This document shows, piece by piece, positions 1 to 8,169 of a stretch of 37,846 bases of DNA. The DNA is taken from the IMG/VR virus record IMGVR_UViG_3300028586_000049, positions 1 to 37,846 of that record, one strand, 5' to 3'. The DNA is from a virus (taxonomy: Duplodnaviria > Caudoviricetes). The first letter of the stretch is position 1; each line of letters opens with the position of its first letter. A program made the position numbers and the translations under genes. Under the pieces are notes generated by a model that ran no database searches, was not told where the DNA came from, and worked only from the letters and a program-made list of their open reading frames with translations.

Positions 1-230
1 GCGCGGGTGACCAAACCCAGCCGTGAGACTGGCCTGGCACCTGCCGATGCGGTCGTTTTGATTTGGGGGAGGGTGTTTAAGTTATGAGCCGTTGCAGATC
101 AATGGACTTTCAGAAACCTATAGCCGGATGTGGCTGACGATATTGCGAGGAAATTCAGTTATGGCTGCACAGACCGTCGGAGATGTACATTCCTCCTTCC
201 ATTCCTTAGAAATCGTATAGGTACAAATCC

Positions 231-440
231 ATGGTCGGAAAAATTGAGCCGCGTTATGGCGCGGAAGTTTATATTTCGGAAGCAGGAAAGATCTGCATCA
301 AACAGGATCAAGGGGCACGTGAGGAGTTCACATTAATATTCGAAGAAGATGAGGTTGATAGCTTAATCGATCTGCTCGTTCAGGCTCGGCAAGACATGGC
401 AGAGGAGCGTCGGGTAGCAGATGAAAACGAGAGCAACTGA
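231..440 (+). CDS. Small acidic hypothetical protein (69 aa), accessory
   Basis: ATG with AGGT upstream; protein-like sequence; opposite orientation to the early-left operon. Confidence 0.6.
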   Translation: MVGKIEPRYGAEVYISEAGKICIKQDQGAREEFTLIFEEDEVDSLIDLLVQARQDMAEERRVADENESN

Positions 441-490
441 CGCTATTTTAAAATTGTTGACCGGCCTCAGTGCTTTCTAGTGGGATTTGG

Positions 491-892
491 TCAGCAGATT
501 GCCGCGACCGGTCGAAGCTTTTCCGATCCCTTGCGGCTGATCTTGAGTTCGTAACCACCCCGGCGTGACTCGGGGATTTTCCTGTCTCGCCTCATTGCCT
601 CGTCGTCCAGAACCGCGTGCAGAACGATCACTGACATGAACATGAGGCAGAGCGGGGAAATGATCTGGCGGCGCATGGCCTCGGCGATCATCGCCGTCTG
701 GCGACTCACGCCCAGCTTGAACATGGCGACGGACAGGCGCTTCACGACGGTGCCCGGCGCAATGCCGAACGTCCGTGCGATTTCCTTTGCCGTGCAGCCT
801 TGGGCGACTGAAAGTAGAAACTGCAACTCTCGCGGCGCAAGTCCACGGCCGAGGTGGCCTTTCCATGCCCCGTTAACGATGGTGGTATCCAT
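491..892 (-). CDS. LuxR-type C-terminal HTH regulator (first gene of the early-left operon)
   Basis: LAPRELQFLLSVAQGCTAKEIARTFGIAPGTVVKRLSVAMFKLGV is a LuxR/GerE HTH; start placed at MDTT (892). Confidence 0.85.
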   Translation of the reverse strand: MDTTIVNGAWKGHLGRGLAPRELQFLLSVAQGCTAKEIARTFGIAPGTVVKRLSVAMFKLGVSRQTAMIAEAMRRQIISPLCLMFMSVIVLHAVLDDEAMRRDRKIPESRRGGYELKISRKGSEKLRPVAAIC

Positions 893-918
893 TCTGTTCA
901 CTCGGTGGTTGTCATCCC

Positions 919-943
919 AAAGCACCCGGCAAGCCAGGTGCTT
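919..943 (-). terminator. tL1-like hairpin in the early-left leader
   Basis: Minus strand AAGCACCTGGCTTGCCGGGTGCTTT; stem with short U tract. Confidence 0.55.
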
Positions 944-975
944 CAGTGATGCTTTCCAAAAGTCGTTCCGTTCTC

Positions 976-985
976 TGTAAAGAGC
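976..985 (-). promoter_or_regulatory. boxA-like antitermination element
   Basis: Minus strand GCTCTTTACA matches the lambdoid boxA consensus (C)GCTCTTTA; lies between PL and the hairpin. Confidence 0.6.
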
Positions 986-1068
986 TCTGTCCAGTCGGTC
1001 CCGCTTTCCGGGGCTGGGAGATCATTTCGCTGATCCCGTGCTATCTGGCGGCTTCACCAGTCATTTCC

Positions 1069-1130
1069 ATAACATAAGTTATGAAGCAGATCATAACTCA
1101 GGTTTTATCTGTGTCAATAACCTTGGTTAT
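1069..1130. promoter_or_regulatory. OL operators (x3) overlapping promoter PL
   Basis: ATAACATAAGTTAT 1069, ATAACTCAGGTTTT 1093, ATAACCTTGGTTAT 1117 (24-bp period); minus strand TTGACA-16 bp-TATGAT. Confidence 0.85.
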
Positions 1131-1197
1131 ATTTTTTTCATGAGTGGCGCGCGACTGTTTTCCGGAGTACGGATGTACTCTTTTAAACTGCGGGCAC

Positions 1198-1222
1198 AAA
1201 AAAACCCGCTTTCAGCGGGCTT
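1198..1222 (-). terminator. Intrinsic terminator after cI
   Basis: Minus strand CCCGCTGAAAGCGGG followed by T7. Confidence 0.85.
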
Positions 1223-1240
1223 CAGGGGGCGGTTAGCGGA

Positions 1241-1906
1241 TCAGGGGAGAACGCTCATGGTACGAACTGCCACGCCGATTATTTTGCAGTCTTCGTCTAA
1301 TTTAATCATGGGATAGGAATTGTTCAGCGGTTTCAAGAAACGTACTCCACCGTCTTCAACAAGCTTCTTAAAGGTAGCTTCATTGCTCCCTGACAGCTTG
1401 GCCACAACCAGTTTGCCAGGCTTAACGTCGGCGTCTGTGTCCACGAGGATAAACTGGCCCTCCGGAACACTAATACCGCCCGAAGCGGTCATCGAGTCGC
1501 CTTTCACCTCAAGCCAGAACGCTGGGCCTTTCGCCTGATAATCGGAGAGTTGGTAGGAGTCAGGCGCCCCCACTGGGTAGGGCTCGGTCGCCTCAACCCA
1601 TGCGCCTGCTGATACCCAGCTGATGACCGGGTACCGGTAATAACGCTCGGGCTGACGAGCATTCCCGACGTTGCTTCCTTCATTCGGAATCGGACTCGGC
1701 TTACCACTGGTCAGCCACTCGGCAGAGACTCCCAGCGCTCTTGCCAGCTCGACCATTTTTTTGGACGTGAGATTACGCCCGCTTTCCAGGTGCTGGATTG
1801 TTACCTGGCTAACGCCTGCTTTCTCCGCCAGCTGATGCTGGCTGAGTCCCAGCGCTGTGCGCTTGGCGAAAACACGGCTGGCGAGTGTATCGGTTCGGTC
1901 ATTCAT
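1241..1906 (-). CDS. cI: CI-like repressor (HTH_3 + S24 autopeptidase)
   Basis: HTH LSQHQLAEKAGVSQVTIQHLESG; VSAG cleavage-site motif, GDSM serine, TFKK lysine; start placed at MNDRTD. Confidence 0.95.
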   Translation of the reverse strand: MNDRTDTLASRVFAKRTALGLSQHQLAEKAGVSQVTIQHLESGRNLTSKKMVELARALGVSAEWLTSGKPSPIPNEGSNVGNARQPERYYRYPVISWVSAGAWVEATEPYPVGAPDSYQLSDYQAKGPAFWLEVKGDSMTASGGISVPEGQFILVDTDADVKPGKLVVAKLSGSNEATFKKLVEDGGVRFLKPLNNSYPMIKLDEDCKIIGVAVRTMSVLP

Positions 1907-1918
1907 GGGTTGAAGGGT

Positions 1919-1981
1919 AAAACAAGCGTTATTGCCCATCAAATAACATGTGTTTGCTTGTTCTATAACTTGAGTTATCAT
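1919..1981. promoter_or_regulatory. OR operators (x3) and probable PR
   Basis: AAAACAAGCGTTAT 1919, ATAACATGTGTTTG 1943, ATAACTTGAGTTAT 1965; TTGCTT-16 bp-TATCAT on plus strand. Confidence 0.8.
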
Positions 1982-2011
1982 TTTCGGCACGACTCACTGA
2001 GGCACGCAGAC

Positions 2012-2254
2012 ATGCCCGCAAAAGAAAGACCTGTTGAAACGGTAGTCCGCCTCGCTGGCGGTCAGGCGAAGCTCGCTCGCCTGTGCAGCACGAGTCAGCC
2101 TCGAATCTGGCAATGCATTAACCGCAATCAGAAGGTGCCTGCCGATCTGGTTATCCCATTCGAGAAGGCTGTCGACGGCAGGGTGACGAGACATGAGCTT
2201 CGACCGGATCTGTACCCGGTCGAAGAACAATCCACAGCTCAAGCGTCCGCCTGA
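2012..2254 (+). CDS. cro: Cro-like (YdaS family) repressor
   Basis: GGQAKLARLC...VTRHELRPDLY motif; divergent from cI; GAGG upstream. Confidence 0.9.
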   Translation: MPAKERPVETVVRLAGGQAKLARLCSTSQPRIWQCINRNQKVPADLVIPFEKAVDGRVTRHELRPDLYPVEEQSTAQASA

Positions 2255-2302
2255 CACGAATTATCAGCTCAGGCGGGAAGGGTGGGTAGTACAGCGGATT
2301 AG

Positions 2303-2318
2303 CTGTTGATTCATCCAG
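2303..2318. promoter_or_regulatory. Putative LexA (SOS) box
   Basis: CTGTTGATTCATCCAG = CTG-N10-CAG, intergenic after cro. Confidence 0.45.
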
Positions 2319-2333
2319 TGCCAAATTTCAGGC

Positions 2334-2364
2334 AAAAAAAAGCCGGTGGCTAGACCGGCTTCTT
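2334..2364 (-). terminator. Intrinsic terminator, strongest on minus strand (possibly bidirectional)
   Basis: A8-GCCGGT-GGCTAG-ACCGGC-TTCTT. Confidence 0.75.
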
Positions 2365-2384
2365 CACAACTTGCGAGACAGATT

Positions 2385-2483
2385 ATGCATACGAAACTTA
2401 CGCCGAGCAATAGCGAGACCAACTCATCAGTTGCCCAGCTTCTACAAAATCTGATGCGTCAGTTCTTGGAGTGCAGCGAGTGA
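2385..2483 (+). CDS. Possible 32-aa peptide coupled to the replication gene
   Basis: MHTKLTPS...LECSE; its TGA overlaps the GTG of the next gene (GTGA). Confidence 0.4.
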   Translation: MHTKLTPSNSETNSSVAQLLQNLMRQFLECSE

Positions 2484-3181
2484 GCACGGTAATCATGAGC
2501 CTTTGCTGGCCTCTGCAGGGAATGAGTCCTGCGCAAAAGTCAGTCCTCGTCTCACTTGCAGACAACGCGAGCGATGAGGGTGTGTGCTGGCCTTCCGTTT
2601 CTACGATCGGCATCAGGACCTGTCTTTCTGAGCGCGCGGTACGCAACGCTTTGCGCTGGCTCGAGGATGCGGGGATTCTGGCGAGCAACCAGCGATTTGG
2701 CCGGTCAACCTGGTACACAATAACCCCGGCAGCATATGCCCCCGGCACCAAATGCCCCCCGGCACCGGATGCCCCATCACCCCGGCAGGATATGCCCCCA
2801 ACCCCGGCACCAAATGCCCCCAGAACCGTAAGGGAACCGTCAGGTGAACCGTCACATGATGGAGATCCTGCTCCGAGCTCTCCGAAATGTCCTGTTCAGG
2901 AAATCGTAGATGCGTTCAATCGACTGTTGACCCCAGTCCTTCCTGCTGTGGTTCTACTTTCTGAAACCCGCAAAAAACAGATCAAGGCGCGTTGGAACCA
3001 GAGCCCTGTTCACCAGAGCATGGATTTTTGGGTCGAGTACTTCGCCATTGTCGCTGAATCCGACTTCCTGATGGGCCGAACGGGCGGCAAGAACGGCTCT
3101 GTCCCGTTCCGTGCCAGCTTCGACTGGTTGATCGCACCGAGCAACTTCGTGAAGGTCGTCGAGGGTAATTACAGTGCGTGA
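2480..3181 (+). CDS. Replication initiator (lambda O analogue, N-terminal winged HTH)
   Basis: KSVLVSLADNASDEGVCWPS...LSERAVRNALRWLE; internal iterons; C-terminal ASFDWLI...NFVKVVEGNY. Confidence 0.9.
   Translation: MSTVIMSLCWPLQGMSPAQKSVLVSLADNASDEGVCWPSVSTIGIRTCLSERAVRNALRWLEDAGILASNQRFGRSTWYTITPAAYAPGTKCPPAPDAPSPRQDMPPTPAPNAPRTVREPSGEPSHDGDPAPSSPKCPVQEIVDAFNRLLTPVLPAVVLLSETRKKQIKARWNQSPVHQSMDFWVEYFAIVAESDFLMGRTGGKNGSVPFRASFDWLIAPSNFVKVVEGNYSA
2724..2854. repeat. Iterons of the replication origin
   Basis: Five GGCA-N5-TGCC palindromes (2728, 2744, 2761, 2784, 2806) then GAACCGT x3 (2823, 2834, 2846). Confidence 0.85.
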
Positions 3182-4544
3182 CCCCTACAGCCTTGAGGCC
3201 GAACACAGCGTGCTGGGCGCGATGCTTTTGCGACCTGAATTGATCGATGTTCTCTGCGCAGACTTGGCGGTCGACGACTTCTACTTTGAGGACAACGCCG
3301 CGATTTACCGTGGAATCCTCGCCCTACACGCCGAAAGCAAGCCTGTGGACGCAGTTACCGTTGGCGTGTTCATTGGTGTTCTGGCGGATGGCGTAAGCGC
3401 TATCAGCTATGCCGCCGATATCGCCAAGAATACCCCCAGCGTTGCCAACGCTTCGTCGTATGCCGCCACTGTGCGCGAGCGGAGCCTGGATCGCGCCATG
3501 ATACAGCTCGGTTCGCGAATCAACGATATCGCACATAGTGATCAGCCTACGCCGGACAAGGTCGCAGCCATTCAGACCGAGGCTCTGGCCATCGACGGTA
3601 AGACTGCCACGGCGGAGGTGATCAAAGCCCAGGACATTCTGGATGATTACATCGAGGTGTTGCAGGCGAGGGCGGATCGCGGAGAGGGTATCGATGGGCT
3701 GTCTACAGGTATCGCGGACCTCGACCAGAAGCTGCAAGGGCTCAAGCCTGAGCAACTGATCGTCATTGCTGGCCGGCCCGCAATGGGCAAGACGACGCTT
3801 GCTATGAACATTGCCTCCCATGCATGCATCCGCGAGCAAAAGAGCGTGATGGTGTTCAGTCTAGAGATGAACCAGAACGGCCTGATGGATCGCTTGATGG
3901 CTTCCGAGGGGAAGGTTCCGCTGCAATTGATCAAGAGCGGCAAGGCACCGCATACACACGGTGCCGAATTGATGGGGGCAGCAGCCAAGATCAAGCACGC
4001 CGATCTGTACATCTCAGACCGAGCCTCGATGACGATCAACCGGATAAGGTCAGCAGCGCGCCGCCATAAGCGCCAGCGTGGCTTGGATCTGATCGTTATC
4101 GATTACCTGCAACTGATGGAATCTGATTCTCGGACGTTCAGCCGTGAGCAGGAAGTAAGCCACATGACCCGTAGCGCCAAGTTGATGGCCAGGGAACTGG
4201 GTGTGCCTGTAATCCTGCTCAGCCAGCTTTCACGTAAGTGCGAAGAGCGCCCGAACAAGCGGCCTCTGTGTTCCGACCTGCGTGAGTCCGGAGCGATTGA
4301 GCAGGACGCCGACATTATTTTGTTTGTGTATCGCGATGAGGTCTACCACGAACACAGCGAAGCCAAAGGTATCGCCGAGATAATTATCGGCAAGGGCCGG
4401 GATATTGAAACGGGCACTGTGAGAGCTGCATTCCTGGGCCAGTACAGCCGATTTGAACAGCTCGCTTCAGGGTGGGTAGAGCAGCAACCAAGACCAGCCA
4501 AGGTCGCAAGCCTTGCAGATCGTTACAACAAGGACCGGTTCTGA
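3174..4544 (+). CDS. dnaB: Replicative DNA helicase, DnaB family
   Basis: GRPAMGKT Walker A, IVIDYLQL, LSQLSR, DLRESGAIEQDAD. Confidence 0.97.
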   Translation: MRDPYSLEAEHSVLGAMLLRPELIDVLCADLAVDDFYFEDNAAIYRGILALHAESKPVDAVTVGVFIGVLADGVSAISYAADIAKNTPSVANASSYAATVRERSLDRAMIQLGSRINDIAHSDQPTPDKVAAIQTEALAIDGKTATAEVIKAQDILDDYIEVLQARADRGEGIDGLSTGIADLDQKLQGLKPEQLIVIAGRPAMGKTTLAMNIASHACIREQKSVMVFSLEMNQNGLMDRLMASEGKVPLQLIKSGKAPHTHGAELMGAAAKIKHADLYISDRASMTINRIRSAARRHKRQRGLDLIVIDYLQLMESDSRTFSREQEVSHMTRSAKLMARELGVPVILLSQLSRKCEERPNKRPLCSDLRESGAIEQDADIILFVYRDEVYHEHSEAKGIAEIIIGKGRDIETGTVRAAFLGQYSRFEQLASGWVEQQPRPAKVASLADRYNKDRF

Positions 4545-4849
4545 TGACTCGACAAACGAAACTCACCAAGGCCGCACGTGATCGCGACTGCCAGATCCGC
4601 TACCCCGGCTGCTCCAGCGAGTCCTCGACCACAGTGCTGGCGCATTACCGTCTTGCTGGCACCTGCGGAATGGGGCTGAAGCCGAACGACCTGCAGGCGG
4701 CCTGGGCTTGCGCCTACTGCCACGACATTGCTGATGGGCGCCTTCGTGCACCGGCGGTGCTGAGCCGTGAAGAAATCCGTCTGTTCCATGCCGAGGGCGT
4801 CATGCGCACGCAAGACGCGCTGATCCGCGAAGGGAAGGTGTCACCATGA
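4544..4849 (+). CDS. DUF1364/YbcO-like Zn-binding nuclease-fold protein
   Basis: CQIR...TVLAHYR...GMGLKP...ACAYCHD. Confidence 0.8.
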   Translation: MTRQTKLTKAARDRDCQIRYPGCSSESSTTVLAHYRLAGTCGMGLKPNDLQAAWACAYCHDIADGRLRAPAVLSREEIRLFHAEGVMRTQDALIREGKVSP

Positions 4850-5277
4850 AGCCGGCAGAAATGATGCTCTTCAAGCCGAAGCGCACGCGCCCCAAATCCG
4901 TCGACCGCGAGGGCTTGGAGCAGGCCTCGCTGCTTCGCGAACTCAAACTGCGTATGCCACTGGTGGCGGCGCTGATCTACCACGTTCCCAACGGTGGCCA
5001 CCGGCACAAGCTGGTCGCGATCAAGCTGAAAGAGCAGGGCGTGCGCGCGGGTGTACCCAATCTGGTGCTGCCGATGGCGCGCGGCGGGTATTTCGGCCTG
5101 TACATCGAGTTCAAGGCCACACCGCCCAATGACGCGGCTGTCTCGGGCAGCCAGTACGAGTGGATACGTCAGCTCAACGCCCAAGGCTATCTGACGATCA
5201 TCTGCCGTGGACACTTCGACGCGATGGAGCAAATCCGCGCATACCTGCGACTTCCTCAGACCGTGGTGGCAGCATGA
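4846..5277 (+). CDS. VRR-NUC domain nuclease
   Basis: HVPNGG...GVRAGVPNL...LYIEFK...Q..W...L (the usual PD reads PN here). Confidence 0.8.
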   Translation: MKPAEMMLFKPKRTRPKSVDREGLEQASLLRELKLRMPLVAALIYHVPNGGHRHKLVAIKLKEQGVRAGVPNLVLPMARGGYFGLYIEFKATPPNDAAVSGSQYEWIRQLNAQGYLTIICRGHFDAMEQIRAYLRLPQTVVAA

Positions 5278-6554
5278 GCCAGACCCTGCTTACCTCGTTT
5301 TCCGACGCTGAAATCAGGCGTCAGGCCGCGAATTCTTCTGTCCGGGATATGCGCGACGCTCGTTACCCAGGCGTGTATTTCCGCTTTCACCAGAATCGTG
5401 ATCGCGGGACGTGGCACCTGGTGGTGGGCAAGAAGTGGGAGAAGATCGCCGGATTTCCAGAGCTGCCTGTGAAGGGACTCATCAACGCGCTGCCGAAAAT
5501 CCGTGAGCGTCTGGCGACTGACCCGAAGGCCTCGGCCGCCGCCGGCACGCTGCAGACTGTTGGCCAACTGCTCGAATGGTTCATGGTCCGGCAGTCCACC
5601 GAGCGCAGCCTGTCGGCAAAGCGCCGGGCCACAAACACCTCGATCATCACCTGCCACCTAAAGCCGCGCCTGGCTGATCTGCTCATTGCTGACGTGGACC
5701 GGTCCACCTTGGACAAATTGGTGATGTGGCCCATGCAGGCCGAAATGTCGCTGTCATATGTCCGGCTGATGTGGGGCGTGCTTGTGGTCGCGTTCCGCCA
5801 GGCCGAGAAACTGCGCCTGATCGCTCAAAACCCGGTAGCCGGGTTCAAGTTCACGGACTTCACCAAGGCGCGCATCCTGCCGAAGCCGTCGCGGCTGCGT
5901 GCCGTCCAGTTGGAAGAGGTATTGGGTGAGCTGGCCGTTGGGTTCGATCAGCACCCGCAGGACTGCATGTTGGCCCTTATGATGCTCTGCCATGGCACTC
6001 GCGCCGGTGAGACGAGGCAGGCCCGCTGGTCGCACCTGACACTGGGCGAGCAGGGCGAGTGGTTCATCCCCGCCGAGAACACCAAGACCCGCTGTGAGCA
6101 TCGTCTTCCGCTGACCCAGCAGGTATGCGCGCTGCTAGAGCGGTACCGGGCTTGGCAGTCGTCGAAGGGCTACAAGGGCGCCTACATGTTCCCGGCTCGC
6201 AACCGTGGACCGATCAGCGACAGCCAGGCCTGCGCCGTGTTCGCTCGCTTGGGCAAGGGCGAGTGGACGAGCCACGACCTGCGCAAAGTTGCCCGGACAG
6301 GCTGGACCGATCTGGGCGTCGACTTCCTGATTGGCGAGATGCTGGTGAACCACACCCTGACCCGCAACGTGCAGACGTACATCCATACCTCGGCCGAGCT
6401 GCTCAAGCGTGATGCCTTGAACAAGTGGCACGAGTGGTTAGACGGGAAAGGCTTTGGCCGCATTCACGGCTCGACCCTGACTAGAAACGAAAATTCGCAG
6501 AATGCCGCCGAGGCCAATACCGGCGCGGCTTCCACCCCGATCACGAATCCATAA
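5274..6554 (+). CDS. Tyrosine recombinase/integrase-family protein in the nin region
   Basis: GTRAGE (R), NTKT (K), HDLRK (HxxR), VNH (H), QTYIH (Y); ATGA-coupled to the upstream gene. Confidence 0.9.
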   Translation: MSQTLLTSFSDAEIRRQAANSSVRDMRDARYPGVYFRFHQNRDRGTWHLVVGKKWEKIAGFPELPVKGLINALPKIRERLATDPKASAAAGTLQTVGQLLEWFMVRQSTERSLSAKRRATNTSIITCHLKPRLADLLIADVDRSTLDKLVMWPMQAEMSLSYVRLMWGVLVVAFRQAEKLRLIAQNPVAGFKFTDFTKARILPKPSRLRAVQLEEVLGELAVGFDQHPQDCMLALMMLCHGTRAGETRQARWSHLTLGEQGEWFIPAENTKTRCEHRLPLTQQVCALLERYRAWQSSKGYKGAYMFPARNRGPISDSQACAVFARLGKGEWTSHDLRKVARTGWTDLGVDFLIGEMLVNHTLTRNVQTYIHTSAELLKRDALNKWHEWLDGKGFGRIHGSTLTRNENSQNAAEANTGAASTPITNP

Positions 6555-6570
6555 AAGGCGAGGTTTGAAA

Positions 6571-6765
6571 ATGAACGAAATCATCGTCTGCCCTACATTT
6601 CTCATCGCCAAGGCCCTGTCCCGTCTCAATACCTTTTATTGGTTTTGGGATCACTACCGACATAGCCCGATCCCGCATCAGCGCCGCCATGCCATTGCTG
6701 CAAAGGCTCACGGGCTTGTCTGGTACGACAGGACCTTTGCTCGTTCGGAGGTTTCACCGATATGA
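6571..6765 (+). CDS. Hypothetical protein (64 aa)
   Basis: GAGG before ATG; stop overlaps next ATG (ATGA). Confidence 0.6.
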   Translation: MNEIIVCPTFLIAKALSRLNTFYWFWDHYRHSPIPHQRRHAIAAKAHGLVWYDRTFARSEVSPI

Positions 6766-7082
6766 AAAAGAGTCATGGCCCAGCGTTCCGCGCCGCCCAA
6801 TTTGACCTGTCCCAGTGCCCGGCCTGCCGGGGCCGCGCAGTGATCAAGGGTGTTTTCCACGAAATGGCATGTGCGCAGTGCAGTGCCTCGGGCTGGGTCG
6901 CCGCCGATACGGGTGAAGCGCTGCCGCTAGACGTGCTGGTAACGCAGTTGAGCATGCGCCTGCAGGCCGCTGATCGGCAGATTGAACAATTGAAGCGACC
7001 GGCCCGGATGACTGGACCTGCCGTCATTTATGACCAGAACAACCGCCGCGGTGCCGGTGGATCGAATTACACAGGGGATTGA
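6762..7082 (+). CDS. Zn-finger phage protein (CxxC...CxxC plus coiled coil)
   Basis: CPACRG...CAQCSASG; directly precedes Q. Confidence 0.75.
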   Translation: MKKSHGPAFRAAQFDLSQCPACRGRAVIKGVFHEMACAQCSASGWVAADTGEALPLDVLVTQLSMRLQAADRQIEQLKRPARMTGPAVIYDQNNRRGAGGSNYTGD

Positions 7083-7084
7083 TC

Positions 7085-7468
7085 ATGATGACTCGCAACA
7101 CGCTGCACCGCCCGCTGGGTGAAACTGAAAACATGCTCGAGCAGTGGGGATATTGGCGGATGGATGGTATGGGCGTGCCCAGTTACGCATCGCCCACGCT
7201 CGCCCTGATGCGGGATGCCATGCCAATGCCAGGTAAGTCATACGTGATCACCGACGAACTTGCCGGCCTTGTGGACGCAGCCGTGGCTGGCTTGTGCGGT
7301 CGTCACCAGCAGATGGGCGATATGGTCTGGTTCTACTACGGCGCGAAGTGGCCAGCGATCCGTGTTGGTCGCCATTTCGCTATGAGCGAAGGTAAGGCCC
7401 GCGAGCTCATCAAGGCCGGTGCAGCCTGGGTGGATTGCTATCTAGAAGGAATTCGAGCGGCAGCTTGA
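7085..7468 (+). CDS. Q: Late antiterminator Q
   Basis: MLEQWGYW N-terminus, ITDE...VDAAV, C-terminal HTH; position before the late terminator and lysis genes. Confidence 0.85.
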   Translation: MMTRNTLHRPLGETENMLEQWGYWRMDGMGVPSYASPTLALMRDAMPMPGKSYVITDELAGLVDAAVAGLCGRHQQMGDMVWFYYGAKWPAIRVGRHFAMSEGKARELIKAGAAWVDCYLEGIRAAA

Positions 7469-7544
7469 AAAAAGAGTTGTCCATATGGAATAGCTCTGTT
7501 TTCATGGCACGGTGTTCAGCTGTTCCAGCGCGGCACCCCTGACT

Positions 7545-7572
7545 AAAGCCCGGCCATTGTGTCGGGCTTTTT
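7545..7572 (+). terminator. tR'-like terminator
   Basis: AAAGCCCGGC-CATTGT-GTCGGGCTTTTT. Confidence 0.85.
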
Positions 7573-7686
7573 GCTATCTGTGTAAAGGTCGCACCGTTGG
7601 CATAATGATTTTTAAAGCCAAGGGGTCATAGGTCATGATTTGGATCCAATGTGATAGGATTCGCGGAATTATTCGCGAGGATTGTC

Positions 7687-8031
7687 ATGGAAAGTATTAC
7701 GTTCGTTTTAGCTGTTTTGTCGTCCCTAGTTGGACAGTTGTTCACATTGGTGATTGCTGCCATCGCGACCTATTTATCTTTCTGGGGTCGCAACCAGACA
7801 TACTCTAGGCACGCCGGCTGGATAATCACCTTAGCTGTGTTCTTGGTTCTATGGGCGATTTTTCCCAACGGGTACCACACAGTATTTCCGCCAGAGACGA
7901 TGAGATATTTCGGCGGCGGCCTTGCCCCGGAAGGGCCTAACTATGAGGCGTTGTTTATAGCCGATTTGGTTTGGACAGTTGTCGGCTGGGGCATTGGTCT
8001 GTGGCTCTGGAGCTACGGACGCAATGACTGA
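7687..8031 (+). CDS. Accessory multi-pass membrane protein (moron); alternative GTG start at 7651
   Basis: GAGG 6 nt before ATG 7687; 3-4 hydrophobic segments; AT-richer; terminators on both sides. Confidence 0.75.
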   Translation: MESITFVLAVLSSLVGQLFTLVIAAIATYLSFWGRNQTYSRHAGWIITLAVFLVLWAIFPNGYHTVFPPETMRYFGGGLAPEGPNYEALFIADLVWTVVGWGIGLWLWSYGRND

Positions 8032-8110
8032 CTTATCGATCATAAGCACGTCCCCATTCAGGATGTCGCTTAGGTAAACCTCGTTAGTGCGAGGTTGTTA
8101 TTGATTGTTG

Positions 8111-8137
8111 AGGCTCGCCAAATTGGCGAGCCTTTTT
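8111..8137 (+). terminator. Terminator after the moron
   Basis: AGGCTCGCCA-AAT-TGGCGAGCCT-TTTT. Confidence 0.85.
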
Positions 8138-8169
8138 CGTTTATAGACCCCCGAAAGGGCCAAGACCGG

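Noticed and set aside
1-130. Possible structured ncRNA in the early-left transcript
   Set aside because: GC-rich non-coding stretch cut by the window edge; no family or convincing structure could be assigned by eye
1790-2011. N-terminal extensions of cro and cI in the ORF track (likewise holin, Rz, L, K, I, recombinase, HEPN)
   Set aside because: They run through operators or upstream genes; downstream starts have SD motifs or stop-start coupling
2724-2854. Repeat cluster as a CRISPR array
   Set aside because: Units are 13-bp palindromes with spacers of 3-10 bp, inside a coding gene, and no cas genes are present; they fit iterons
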